The position numbers and the translations under genes are program-made. The notes beneath the pieces were generated by a model, which had not been told where the DNA came from, made no database searches, and saw nothing but the letters and a program-made list of their open reading frames with translations. 64,000 bases of DNA, taken from Eledone cirrhosa (taxonomy: Eukaryota). The stretch lies in the NCBI GenBank assembly GCA_964016885.1, contig OZ024742.1, positions 128,526,001 to 128,590,000 of the forward strand, written 5' to 3'. Below, in pieces: positions 39,703-52,851 of the stretch (positions are counted from its first letter, which is position 1; the number at the start of each line of letters is the position of its first letter).

Positions 39703-39821
39703 GTTCTGATGAGCTGTTCTATCTTTACCTATGTTAATTATTTTCAACTGAACCAGATCAATAATGATATATAATCATTTGATCCAGAAATATTATATGG
39801 AGTAGTGAAACAATTGTAAAC
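39703..39821 (+). ncRNA. Hammerhead-like motif with long stem II insertion
   Basis: gtt-CTGATGA-gctgttcta...tggagtagt-GAAA-CAATTG-TA-aac; stem II pairs over 9 nt using GU wobbles. Confidence 0.7.
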
Positions 39822-40127
39822 GGACATTATTATTATTATTAATATTATTATTATTATTCTCTACATTCCTTACATCAAACTAAAATATGTTGACAATCTT
39901 TTAATAATGTCTTACTTGTGAAATTTGTGGTCTTGTTTGGCTTAACCAATGAATATTTCCAGCTCTGTGCACCTAACCTCTGCATGAACCCAGCCACCTA
40001 GCTGCTTTCCACTGCATATTGCACATTGAGCACATGCCTTTACACTTTGGCTTCTAACTAATTCACCAATCTCTCCTATCGCCTCTCCCATCGCTGTCAT
40101 TCTCTTTAAGATTGGTTACTCTTGAAC

Positions 40128-40235
<108 letters not shown>

Positions 40236-40414
40236 AAATAATTTGTTCTCAAAAACGAAAACAGATAATTTTAGGTGAAGAAGTTCGAAAGCTAAAAAAT
40301 ACGAGATTTATTACAATAGGCTACAATAAGCTTACACAAGGCTACATATAATTTTATAGAAAGGTATGAAATCCTAATATGAATGATTATGAATTCACAT
40401 AGAGCAAAAAATAT

Positions 40415-41150
40415 TTTTAAAATTAAAACCAAACACTGTTAACAATATCATATTTCAATTTACATATGTTTCAACCTTAATATTAAGACCTCAATATTCG
40501 GATTCCTCAGAATTAAATAACATATAACTACCTTAACTCCAACATTTTGTCAAAAAATATATCATACCAAAGCACTTTGTTTGCATTGAAAAAAAAAACA
40601 CAGCATCATACTTGGATATAGTACTTACCACGAGAATCACAACTATAATTATTCACATGGGCCCTCAGACAAATAAGCATGCATTATATGAATATTATAA
40701 TCATAGTTATAAGCAATATATCTTTTTTTCACAATAAATTCAGTATAAATATTAAAATTTTCAAGAAGGAGATTAAGTTTCACATGCTAAATTATAGACA
40801 CACCACCATACATACATATAATCCAATATGTATGGTACCATACATATGTATACATTTTGAGTTAAATATTTATACTGAATTTATTGTGCAAGAAAAAAAT
40901 ATTTTGCTTATAACTATGATTATAATATTCATATAATGCATGCTTATTCATAAGATGGTGCGTTTTTTTTTTTAAATGTAAACAAAGTGCTTTGGTACAA
41001 TATATTTTTGGACGAAATGTTGTGGCTAAGGTAGTTACATCTTATTTAATTCTGAGGCTTCTTAATATTGAACTCTTAATATTAAGGGTGAAACATATGT
41101 AAATTAAAATATGATATAGTTAGCGCAATGTTTGGTTTTAATTTTCAAAG
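40415..41150. repeat. Diverged inverted repeat (~200 bp arms), each arm with a hammerhead-like motif
   Basis: 40415-40610 vs 40950-41150, e.g. taccaaagcactttgttt / aaacaaagtgctttggta. Confidence 0.85.
40457..40514 (-). ncRNA. Hammerhead-like motif; partner at 41048-41105 (+) has CTGAGGC
   Basis: Minus strand aatt-CTGAGGA-atccgaatattga ggtc ttaatattaaggtt-GAAA-CATATG-TA-aatt. Confidence 0.7.
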
Positions 41151-41386
41151 TATATATATATATATATTATATATGTCTGTCAGCCACCCTCTGTTACTCT
41201 GTTACTTTTGCCGAGATTAAGTAAGTGACATAGTCACAACTTTAAAACCCATAGCGAATGGTCTTCTAAATGATTTTAATTAAACATACAGTATATTGCC
41301 AAATATACTATACATTCATACCCTTGCAAGCAGGGAAAAAGAGGACGTAAAATGAAATGATGATGATCATGCTGATGATATATATA

Positions 41387-41417
<31 letters not shown>

Positions 41418-41421
<4 letters not shown>

Positions 41422-43694
41422 GGACCAAAAACGTGAGGTGTTCAGGATTGCTAGGCAATGTGTCAAGGAAAACCGTGATATTGTCGGGGAGAAGTGTGTA
41501 CTTAATGATGATGGCATACTTGCCATCACTGACGCTGATAAGAAGGTAGCTTGGAAGTGTCACTATGAAAGGCTTCTAAATGAGGAGAACAAATGGGAGA
41601 AAGACAGTCTCCCCCACATCGACTCAATAGAGGGACCAGCAGTGTTAGTCGAAGGTAGTATAATAAGTAAGGCAATCAAAGATATGAAGACGGGTAAGGC
41701 AGCTGGGCCTTCGGAAATAGTTGCTGAGATGCTGAAAGCCTCTGGAACGGTGGGACACACCATGGTCACCCGGATAGTAAACCAAGTCATACAGAATGGG
41801 GTTGTTCCGAAGGACTTGCATAGCAGCATCATCATTAACTGTTACAAGGGTAAAGGAGATGCCCTAGATAGGTGTAACTATAGAGGCATTAAATTAATCG
41901 ACCAGGTCATGAAGGTCACGGAAAAAGTAATAGCGCAACTAATCAGAGAGAGAATTGATCTAGATGAAATGCAGTTCGGGTTTGTGTCAGGCAAAAGTAC
42001 CACAGACGCTCTTTTCATTGTACGACAACTACAGAAGTACCTAGCTAAAAGTAAACCCCTATACTTAGCTTTTGTTGACTTGGAGAAAGCCTTCGACAGA
42101 GTCCCCCGTTCCATTATCTGGTGGGCTCTTAGAAAACTAGGTGTTGACGAATGGCTTGTGAGAGCTATACAAGCCATGTATAAAGAAACAGTCAGCAAGG
42201 TTAGAATTAACAACGAATATAGTGAAGAGTTTAGCGTAAAAGTTGGTGTCCATCAGGGCTCTGTTCTTAGCCCCCTACTATTTATTATTGCCCTTCAGGC
42301 TATAACAGAGGAGTTCAAGACCGGCTGCCCATTGGAACTCCTATACGCAGACGACCTGACACTCGTAGCGGAATCAATGGCCGAGCTAGAGAAGAAATTC
42401 CAAACATGGAAGCACGGCCTAGAATCAAAAGCCTTAAAATTAACCTGGCTAAGACTAAAGTTCTAGTTTGTAGGAAAGAAAATAAGGCAGCGGTCCCTTC
42501 CGGGAAATGGCCATGCTCAGTGTGTAGGAAAGGCGTAGGTAGAAACTCCATTTTATGTCCCCAATGCAAAGTATGGGTGCATAAAAGATGTAGTGGGATC
42601 ACAGGTAAGCTAACTAAGAACATAGATTTTTACATGTGGCCGGTGCTCTGGTGCAATAAGTAGCAGCAAGTGCCCACAGAATACTAGCTCTTTCAATTGC
42701 GCAGAGGGTTCTATAGAAATAGTGGACAGCTTCCGTTACCTGGGTGACAAAATCAGCAGTGGGGGAGGGTGCTCTGAAAGTACAGTAGCTAGAGTCAGAA
42801 CTGGATGGAAAAAGTTCAGAGAGCTTATACCACTATTAGCTGCTAAAGGGTTCTCCCTAAAAATGAAAGGCAGGTTATACGATGCCTGCATACGAACAGC
42901 AATGCTACATGGCAGTGAGACCTGGGCATTGTGTGCAGAGGATATACGCAGACTAGAGAGGAACGAAGCTTGCATGCTCCGCTGGATGTGCAATAGTAAT
43001 ATACGTGAACGGCTAAGCATAAACGAACTAAGGAATAAATTAGAAATAAGAGGGATCAGATGTTGTTTACTCTAAAGAAGACTACGTTGGTACGGTCACG
43101 TGATGCGCATGAAAGACGATAGCTGTATAACAAAGTGCAGGGTAATAAAGATAGACGGTAGCCACGGAGTAGGCAGACCCAGAAAAACCTGGGACGACAT
43201 GATAAATTCCGACCTCACACGCTTACACCTCTCCAAGACAATGTCACTGGACCGAGACCTTTGGCGGTACTCAGTAATAGAGAAGACCCGCCTTACCTAA
43301 ATACAAAGTAAAAACCTACTACAGTCAGTAGGCTTCTCTATCAAAACACACCCCCGTCCCACCACCTCCACCCCATCCACACCGCCCCTTTCAATGTAAA
43401 GTTATGTTGGTGCCACAACATCCAGGCCGAAACAAATGAGATCGTGTAGGTGTCACGACAAAAAAACACACAGTCCACGCTGTAAATGTGGCCGTGTAGG
43501 CAACACGGTAAAAACCTCCCAGCCCCACACTGTAAATGTGGTTGGTGTTAGGAAGGGCATCCAGCTGTAGAAAACCCGCCAGACAGTCCTATGCGAGCAA
43601 GACAACCACTCTTGCCTCAAGTGGGAAAACCCACGTCCAAACCCATGCAAGCGTGGAACACGGACGCTAAACCTGATGATGATGATGATGATGA

Positions 43695-43695
<1 letters not shown>
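41418..43695 (+). mobile_element. RTE LINE (subfamily B), 5'-truncated, frameshifted, long 3' UTR
   Basis: ORF pieces 41418-42466, 42406-42663, 42722-43075, 43100-43300 with RT and PHD-type motifs; (gat)n tail, (TA)n flanks. Confidence 0.95.
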
Positions 43696-43736
<41 letters not shown>

Positions 43737-43754
43737 CGAAGGAGTTGTGGTTCC

Positions 43755-45093
43755 TTAGGATTAGCAATGAGTATAGCGAAGAATTTAGCGTACAGGTCAG
43801 TGTCCACCAGGGCTCTGTTCTTAGCCTTCTCCTGTTCATCATAGTCCTGCAGGCAATAACTAAGGAGTTTAAGACTGGATGCCCATGGGAACTCCTATAT
43901 GCAGATGACCTCGCACTTCTAACTGAATCTATGGTAGAACTAGAGAAGAAATTCCAAACTTGGAAGCAGGGACTAGAAAGAAAGGGTCTCAAAGTCAACC
44001 TGACAAAGACTAAGGTCCTTGTAAGTAGACGAGAAAACAGAACCCAGATCCCCTCTGGGAAATGGCTTTGCTCAGTATGTAGGAATGGTGTAGGTAGGAA
44101 CTCCATTCTCTGCCCCAACTGCAAACAATGGGTACACAAGAGATGTAGCGGGATCTCAGGAAGTTTAACTAAGAATGTAGGCTACACATGTAGCAGCTGT
44201 GCTGGGACAGCAAGCAGCAAACAGCTACAGGAAAAAAGTACCACCAAACTCTGGGAGGGCTCTGTAGAAACAGTAGACAGCCTCTGCTACCTTAAGTGAC
44301 CGAATTAGCAGCGGAGGTGGGTGTTCAGAAAGTACAATAACTAGGGTAAGAACGGGATGGAAGAAGTTCAGGGAGCTACTGCCACTGCTAGATGCAAAAG
44401 GCTTTTCCCTCAAAATGAAAGGCAGATTGTATGATGCGTGTATACGAACAGCAATGTTACATGGTAGTAAGACCTGGGCGCTGTCTGTAGAAGACTTGCG
44501 TAGATTAGAAAGAAACGAAGCCTGCATGCTTCGATGGATGTGTAATACTAATATACGCGAACGGCAAAGCAGAGACTGAGCATAAGAGGAATCAAATGCT
44601 ATGTGCAGGAGAGGAGGTTGCATTGGTATAGACATGTGATGCGTATGAAGGATGACAGCTGCATAAAAAGGTGCAGAGCACTAGAAGTCAATAGAAACCG
44701 CAGAGTGGGGAGACCCAAGAAGACCTGGGATGAGGTGATAAAAGTCGACCTTACCCAATTACACCTCTGAAAGGCGATGACACACAACCGTGACCTCTAG
44801 CGTCATGCAGTAATACAGAGTACCCGACCCCCCATGAGTACAAGCCGAAGCTGAAGCATATAGACAATATGCCCCCACACCCTCCCATTGCAAAGTGGTC
44901 GTGGAGGTGCCACAACAAAAAAGCACCCAGCACTCACCGTAAATGAGGTTGGTGTTAGGCAGGGCATCCAGCTGTAGAAATCAACCCAGAATCAGTTCCT
45001 GTATGAGCAAGACAAGGTCAGCCGACCGGACACTGTCCACAACAGGACAACCCATCTAACCCATGCTAGCGTGGAAGAACGGACGTAAAACGG

Positions 45094-45124
<31 letters not shown>

Positions 45125-45125
45125 A
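43755..45125 (+). mobile_element. RTE LINE (subfamily C), 5'-truncated, degenerate
   Basis: VHQGSVLS, LYADDL, CSVC..CPNC..WVHKRC; tail ccatgctagcgtggaagaacggacgtaaaacggtgatgat. Confidence 0.93.
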
Positions 45126-45445
45126 TATATATATAATCATTTAGTATAGAAATGGCTTCTACAGGACTAGAACTGTTTCATCTGTATGAAATCATCAAAT
45201 ACCAAGTGACATAAAGGTTGGTTGATACTTTATAGGTTTCCTAGTGGATGAGGATGGTGGTGGTAGGGGGGGGGGGGGCTTATTACAAGGAGCAGATATC
45301 TAGTAGAAAATTAGAGGGGGTTTGGAGATGAGGGAAAGGGTGAGGTAGGATTTGGGTAGAAAGAAAGGGAAGAAATGAAGAAATTCTTTGAGTAGGTGGA
45401 AAAGAATTTCAAAAGATAGAATTCTTTATATATACCAAAAATGAG

Positions 45446-45561
45446 TTGTACCTGTAATTCAAGGGGCTAGCCTAGTCACACACTGAATCTCCCTGAAAAC
45501 TATGTTAAGGGTGCTCATGTCTTACACATGAAAAGGCTGGTCTTTAGAATTACAGGTACAA
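45446..45561. mobile_element. 116-bp MITE-like element
   Basis: Perfect 15-bp terminal inverted repeats ttgtacctgtaattc / gaattacaggtacaa, extending imperfectly inward. Confidence 0.7.
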
Positions 45562-45772
45562 TCCATTTGACAGGTTTCCAAACGGATTCCATCTACTCTA
45601 ATTTCACTGACAAGGCATGGGTTGAAGTGAAGCTATGGTAAATGACATTTGCCCACAGTGGGATCAAACTTGAGACATAATGATTGTGAAGCGAAATTCT
45701 TAATCCTACAGCGATGCTGTGTTTACAGACATATAAGCAATAATAAATTAACCAACTTTGATATCAAACTTT

Positions 45773-45947
45773 TTCATTGCTTTTATTTACATATATTCTT
45801 TATTTTGTTAAGATCAATCATTGATTATCTAGATAAGGGACAATAGAAACCAATAGAAACCAATGTCATTGGTTTCTATTGTCCCTTATCTAGATAATCA
45901 ATGATTAATCTTAACAAAATAAAGGATATATGTAAATAAAAGCAAAA
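45773..45947. repeat. Long hairpin, ~75-80 bp arms
   Basis: ttgcttttatttacatata...ggacaatagaaaccaat / attggtttctattgtcc...tatatgtaaataaaagcaa. Confidence 0.9.
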
Positions 45948-45976
45948 GATCAAAAGATGGTTAAAAGAGTTTCATG

Positions 45977-46047
45977 TATTTTATTATGCGCATTTCAAAA
46001 ACAAATATCATCATGCAATAACATTTGCGTTTTCGTCAGATAAAATA
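45977..46047 (-). ncRNA. Type I hammerhead ribozyme in the inverted pLTR
   Basis: Reverse complement of 49317-49387. Confidence 0.85.
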
Positions 46048-47133
46048 GGGAGACATGATATGAAGGTTAAAAAACACTTGTGAATAGTGCAGTTTTAAAT
46101 CAACATATGAAAAGTAGTTTTAGATTGATGTGTGATATTGGGAAAAAAAAAATGTTGAGGGGGTGCGGCTGGAAAGGATGAAAAAGAGGAGGAGATGAGA
46201 TTAAAAAGTGGAGGGGGAGGAGTATAATGAGGAAGGATGAGATAGGAGGAGAGATGGGTGATAGAGAGAGAGAGATAGTTTTATAACTGAGAAAAATATA
46301 TTGTTTTACATAGAGAGGGTAAAAAAACGTCGGAAGATAATGTATAAATTAAAAGAATTTGAAAATTAACGAAGAGAAAAAATTTAGAATAATGTTAAAT
46401 TAAATTAAGGTTTGTATATTGAAGGGTTTAATAATATGTGCGATGAAAAGAAATTGTTAATATGTATTAAGAATAATATTTAAGGGTTTAATAATATGTG
46501 CGATGGAAAGAAATTGTTGATATGTATTATTAAAAAATATGAAAATATAACAATAGTAATGTAATTAAGGATATATTGTGTCAAGATTAAGAGATACATC
46601 CAAGAAATTAGCTAGTTTGATGCTGTTATCAAATTCAATTTTTAAGTTATGTTGGTTAAAGAGATTACGTATATTGTTCTTAATAATATTAAGGTTAACT
46701 ATGTTGCAATTTAAGATAGTAAAGAGTCCATCGTCACGATAAATTCCATCGCGAAGTTGAGGAATTTTCCGATTCAAAGAGTTCAAAATAAAGATACCAA
46801 TTAAATCTGTCAATTAGGATGAATCGGATGCTCCAATTGTGATGTCAAAGTTGTTAGAGGTATCAGCTCTGGTCCAATATTCATTGTTGAACTCTAGGAT
46901 GGTTTTACGTGCGGTGAGAATGATGTGAAGTTCATCTGTGGTGACGTCTGAATATTTGTAAGCGAAAGATAGAGCATTGTTGAGAAGTGAGGGCGAAATA
47001 GAAGAATAGTAGCTGGCAATATCAAATTGAATAAATTTTTGTTTATTTTTCTTATTCAATTTGTTGAACCAGCCAATCACTTCAGAAGTACCAAACCATA
47101 AATTTAAGTTCAAAGAAGAGCAATTAGAACAAA

Positions 47134-48344
47134 CTAATTTCTTGGATGTATCTCTTAATCTTGACACTGGCCTATATTACCCTTACCATAAAAACAATGA
47201 GAACCTAAATTATGTTAATTTTAAATCTAACCACCCCACTAATACTAAGAATGCTATAGTTAGTAATATTGGAAAAAGAATATCCAACCTATCTTCTAAT
47301 AAAAACATCTTTGATGCTAACGCCAATTACTATAATAACGCGCTTTCTAAAGCTGGTTATCCCGATAAAATCAAATATAGTAAAGAAACAAATTCTAGAA
47401 GATCTTACAGTAGAATAATTAATCATGATCATTCCAATAACTTTAATAAAAGACCTAGATACAAAAACATAATCTGTTATAATGCTCCTTTCTCCATCTC
47501 TATTAATAATAATATTCCTAAATTATTCTTTAGTGCCTTAAATAAATGCTTCCCTCCCTCACATATCTATAGTAAAATATTTAACAAACACACTATAACA
47601 TTTTCCTATTTGACCTCCTTCAACATCTCCAACATTATCTCTAAACACAACAATAAAATACTAAATACTAAATCTCTTCCTTCCAACACTGAATATCATA
47701 ATAATAGTAATAGTACTCCCGACGTCATTGTTAACTCTAGGCTAATTTCTGCAAACCCAAATACAACGTCAAACGCAACTTCGTTAAATGTTCTTAATCC
47801 CATTCTAAATCAAGAAACTATTATTCCTATCGTAAATAACTTCTCCAATCCAATTCCTTCTATAGATAACACTAGGTCACTTGTTAATAACTCTGTTAAT
47901 TTCTTTAATCGCAATTGTAATTGCCCTGTTAAAAATAAATGTCCTCTCAACAACCATTGTCTTGAAAAAAACTTAACCTACGAATGTAAAGTTATAACTG
48001 ACACCAATTCCTTTACCTATTTTGGCTCCACTTCCACCTCCTTTAAAGCTCGTCTTTATAATCATCATTCATCTTTTAAATACCAACTTAAAAGAACCAA
48101 CACGGCACTCTCAGAACTCATATGGTCCTTGAAAGACAAAAATATTAACTATAACATCTCTTGGAAGAAGGTTTGTTCTGCTTCTCCATACTTGAATGGT
48201 TCTCTATCCAAGACATACAATCTCTGTTTATGTGAAAAATTTACCATTATATCTAATTTAGATTCTATAATAAATAGACGCATTGACTTGTTTTCTCTCT
48301 GCTTGCATAAATTCCACAGAACATTCCATAAAGTATACAGCTAA
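47134..48344 (+). CDS. PLE RT C-terminus plus GIY-YIG endonuclease (5'-truncated, frame open)
   Basis: NFLDVSLNL, SNHP, CNCPVKNKCPLNNHCL..TYECKV..YFGSTSTSFKARLYNH, LCLCEK, CLH. Confidence 0.85.
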
Positions 48345-49316
48345 TATCTAATACTTTACCAATTTAAAATCCTTTTCTCAAAGGCACATATATATATATA
48401 TATATATACATATATATTTCTTTAAAAATATACCCATCTTTCTACCTTATTTCAATGGTATTTATTATACATTATATACTAGTTACTCATTCAATATCAC
48501 TTCCCTTTCTTTCTTTTTTCCTTTTTTCTTTTCTTTTTTTCTTTTTCTTTTAATTTCTAACCTCTAATCTGTACATTTTCTTCCTAGATACTTCTCAATT
48601 CTCATTATTACTCAGCACAATATATCCTTACTTCATAATATCACCTTGAAAAAATCCTTCGTAAACATAAACATTTTTTTGACGTTAGATTATTCATCCT
48701 CAATTGATTATTTTTTTCTCCCTTTCATGCTCATCTAACTTATACATATTACACTTATTCATCCACTCTTCTACTTCTTTTCACAATATATCCTTAATTA
48801 CATTACTATTGTTATATTTTTATATTTTTTAATAATACATATCAACAATTTCTTTCCATCGCACATATTATTAAACCCTTAAATATTATTCTTAATACAT
48901 ATTAACAATTTCTTTTCATCGCACATATTAAACCCTTCAATATACAAACCTTAATTTAATTTAACATTATTCTAAAATTTTTCTCTTCGTTAATTTTCAA
49001 ATTCTTTTAATTTATATATTATCTTCCAATGGTTTTTTTAACCTCTCTATGTAAAACAATATATTTTTCTCAGTTATAAAAGCTATCGCTCTCTCTCTAT
49101 CACCCATCTCTCCTCCTATCTCATCCTTCCTCATTATACTCCACCCCCTCCACTTTTTACTCTCATCTCCTCCTCTTTTTCATCCTTTCCACCCCACCCC
49201 CTCCCTCTCAAAAAAATGTTTCCCAATATCACACATCAATCTAAAACTACTTTTCATATGTTGATTTAAAACTGCACTATTCACAAGTGTTTTTTAACCT
49301 TCATATCATGTCTCCC

Positions 49317-49387
49317 TATTTTATCTGACGAAAACGCAAATGTTATTGCATGATGATATTTGTTTTTGAAATGCGCATAATAAAATA
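49317..49387 (+). ncRNA. Type I hammerhead ribozyme in the pLTR
   Basis: tattttat-CTGACGA-aaacgcaaatgttat...atgatatttgttttt-GAAA-TGCGCA-TA-ataaaata; 8-bp stem I. Confidence 0.85.
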
Positions 49388-49508
49388 CATGAAACTCTTT
49401 TAACCATCTTTTGATCTTATATATTATTTATACTCCAGTCCTACAAACTGTAGAGTGCTACTTAACCGATATCTACATTGCTTTATTGTACTACAATAAA
49501 ACTCACCT

Positions 49509-49596
<88 letters not shown>

Positions 49597-49651
49597 CTGT
49601 GTCATTGGTTTCTATTGTCCCTTATCTAGATAATCAATGATTGATCTTAAC

Positions 49652-52290
49652 GTAGGCATTTTCCTGGCTGAGAGATGGATCAATAAGACAATAGAGGTAG
49701 TTCGAGTTAGTAATAGAATAATTAAGCTTAGATTAGTTGTAGGCAGGAGACTACTGACAATCATCTCTGCCTATGCTCCCCAAGCAGTCCTAGGCAAAAA
49801 TGAGAAAGACTGCTTTTACGAGCAACTTTTACAAACAACCGCAATGACAGAGGACGGAGACATCGTTATGCTAGCAGGGGACTTCAATGGTCATGTTGGA
49901 CAGCTCCAGGATGGTTACACTGAGGTACATAGTGGGCACGGTTACGGCTCAAGAAAGGAAGAAGGAGTGAGACTTCTTGAATTTTGTGATGCAAGTACAC
50001 TGACTATTTGCAACACAAACTTCCAGAAACCTGCCAACCACCTAATAACCTACAAATCTGACGATTTAGAGACGTATGACATAGATAATAACTGGAATTT
50101 CTTACGTGACAATTTACTGCAGACTACTGATGAAACTTGTGGCTGGAGCAGAGCTCCAACCAGACAGAGAGTCACCTGGTGGTGGAACAGCACAGTAGAT
50201 AAAGCCATTAGAGACAAAAGACTAGCATGGAAAGCTTGGAAAAAGGGTGGGAGTAGGGAATAATATACAGCCGCTAAGAGAGAAGCTAGACGTCAGGTGT
50301 ACTTAGCACGCAGGGAGGCTGAGAGTAGGAGGTTTGCCAATGTTCTGCGACGGGAAGATCAGAGATGTGCGGTGTTCCGCATTGCAAGGCAGTGTGTCAG
50401 TGCAAATCAGGATATTGTTGGAGATAAATGTGTCCGGAACGACGCCGTTGTACTTAGTGTCACGAATGATCAAAAGAAGGAGGCCTGGAAATGTCATTAT
50501 GAGAGACTGATGAATGTGGAGTACGAATGGGAGAGAGAGAAATTACCCTCAGTAGATCCGACAGAGGGACCAGCTATTGAGATTGACGAATATAGGGTCC
50601 AAGAGGCGATTAAGGAAATGAAAAATGGTAAGGCTGCTGGACCATCGGGGAGATTGCTGAGATGCTGAAGGCATCAGGGGACGTAGGCACTAAACTGGTT
50701 GCTCGCATCATCAATCAGGCTATATATGGTGGTGTCATACCCAAAGACTGGTGCAGCAGTATTCTCATAAATTGCTACAAAGGGGATGCTCTGGAGAGGA
50801 GCAATTATAGGGGTATAAAACTGATGGATCAGGTTATGAAAGTGGCAGAAAGGATATTAGCACAACTAATTAGAGAAAGGGTCAAACTAGATGAGATGCA
50901 GTTTGGTTTTGTGTCTGGGAAGAGTACAACAGATGCCCTCTTCTTGGTGAGACAATTGCAAGAGAGGTTCTTAGAGAAAAATAAGCCACTATACTTAGCC
51001 TTTGTTGACCTAGAGAAGGCCTTTGATAGGGTACCCCGATCTGTCTTCTGGTGGTCCCTAAGGAAACTAGGTGTTGAGGAATGACTTGTGAGGACAGTGC
51101 AAACTTTGTACAGAGGTACTCTCAGTAAAGTTAGGGTAGGAATGGAGTTTAGTGAGGAATTCCAGATACAAGTAGGAGTACATCAAGGTCCGGTCCTCAG
51201 CCCGCACTTGTTCATTATAGTCCTCCAAGCCATAACAGAAGAGTTAAGACTGGTTGTCCATGGGAACTTCTCTATGCTGACGATCTGGTTCTTATAGCAG
51301 AATCAGTAGAGGAGCTAGAGAATAAATTCTGGCTATGGAAACAGCAGTTGGAAGCAAGAGGACTGAGAGTGAACCTAGCTAAGACAAAGGTGCTGATGAG
51401 TAGAAAAGAGGACAAAACTCTGATTCCGTCAGGGAAATGGCCATGTTCGATATGCAGAAAAGGAACTGGCATAAATTCTATAAAATGCACACAGTGCAGA
51501 TTCTGGGTACACAAGAGATATAACGGGATAGCAGGCAAACCTACAGTTTGGGAGAAATATGTATGCAGTAGATGTACAGGGAAATTAGACAGTAGAAGTC
51601 GCATTGATAGACACATTTTTCAAATGCAGGCGGGTGCTATAGAAGTGGTGGATAGCTTCTGGTACCAAGGAGATCAGATTAGCATGGGAAGGGGGGGTGT
51701 TCCGAGGCCTTAGTATCTAGAATAAGGACGGGTTGGAAGAAGTTTAGGGAGCTGCTTCCTCTGCTGACGAAGAAGGGTTTCTCCCTGCGTACAAAAGGCC
51801 AGTTATATGATGGCTGTGTGAGGAGCGCGATGTTGCCTGGTAGTGAGACATGGGCAGCAACTGCAGAGGATATGCGACGGCTGGAGAGAAATGAGGCAAG
51901 CATGCTCCGTTGGATGTGCAGTGTCAATGTGCGTGAACGACCCAGCATGAATGTGTTGAGAGAGAGACTGTGTCTGGGAGGGATAGAATGTAGTGTACGG
52001 GAGAGGAGACTGAGGTGGTATGGACATGTGATGCGCATGGAGGATGACTGATGGGTAAAGAAGTGCCAGGAAATGCCAGTTGAAGGAAGATGTGGTAGAG
52101 GTAGACCACAAAAAACATGGGCGGAGGTGGTGAGAGCAGACCTCAGATCGCTGAAGCTCACGGTGGAGATAACGAAGGACCGTGACAAGTGGAGAGATGC
52201 TGTGCTGAATAAGATCCGTCCCACCCTTGCAAGCAGGGAAGAGCGGACGTAAAATGATGATGATGACGATGATGATGATGATGATGATAT
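49652..52290 (+). mobile_element. RTE LINE (subfamily A), 5'-truncated, stops, frameshifts and an internal deletion near 50058
   Basis: Highly similar to 33438-36130; flanked by a ~60-bp direct repeat. Confidence 0.95.
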
Positions 52291-52384
52291 ATATACTGTG
52301 TCATTGGTTTCTATTGTTCTTTATCTAGGTAATCAATGATTGATCTCAACAAAATAAAGAATATATGTAAATAAAATCAATGAA

Positions 52385-52850
52385 CTGGTTCCGTTTCAAC
52401 CAGCATTCTCGTCGCTCTAACATTATGTGGGCTGAGCTCTCCACAACCGATGGCGTTGCAATGACATTGTCATCAAACCCGCTGACAATGGTGGCACTGT
52501 GGTGGTTTGAAACATTGACCTCTATAAGGCTGAGGCCGTCCGACTCCAATCCTGGCTACCAATAATTTGTGACCTTCACCATCCACCAGCTCATCTCCTT
52601 CTCTCTCCTAGCCCCCACAGCCAACAACTTTATTGTACACACCCCTTGCACATCCACCATCTACTTCCTCTCCAAAATACACAAACAAAATAATCCCAGT
52701 TGTCCTGTTGTTTCCGCGTGCAACTGCCCCGCCGAGATCATTTACGAATATTTAGATACCGTCCTCGCCCCGTCAGTCGTCAATCTTCCCTCCCACATCC
52801 ATGATACCAATCATGCCCTTAGACTCTTGAACTCCTCCTTCCCTCCTTTC
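52385..52850 (+). pseudogene. PLE RT N-terminal relic
   Basis: DIVIKPADNGGTVVV, YFLSKIHKQNNPSCPVVSACNCP, YLDTVLAP..LPSHIHDT. Confidence 0.8.
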
Positions 52851-52851
52851 A

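Larger units (their letters stand above)
45946..49416 (+). mobile_element. Penelope-like element (Nematis-type) with inverted pseudo-LTRs and an inverted RT segment
   Basis: 45946-46563 is the reverse complement of 48805-49416; minus-strand RT motifs IQFDIASYYSSI and GIYRDDGL at 46565-47130; plus-strand RT thumb and GIY-YIG. Confidence 0.9.
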
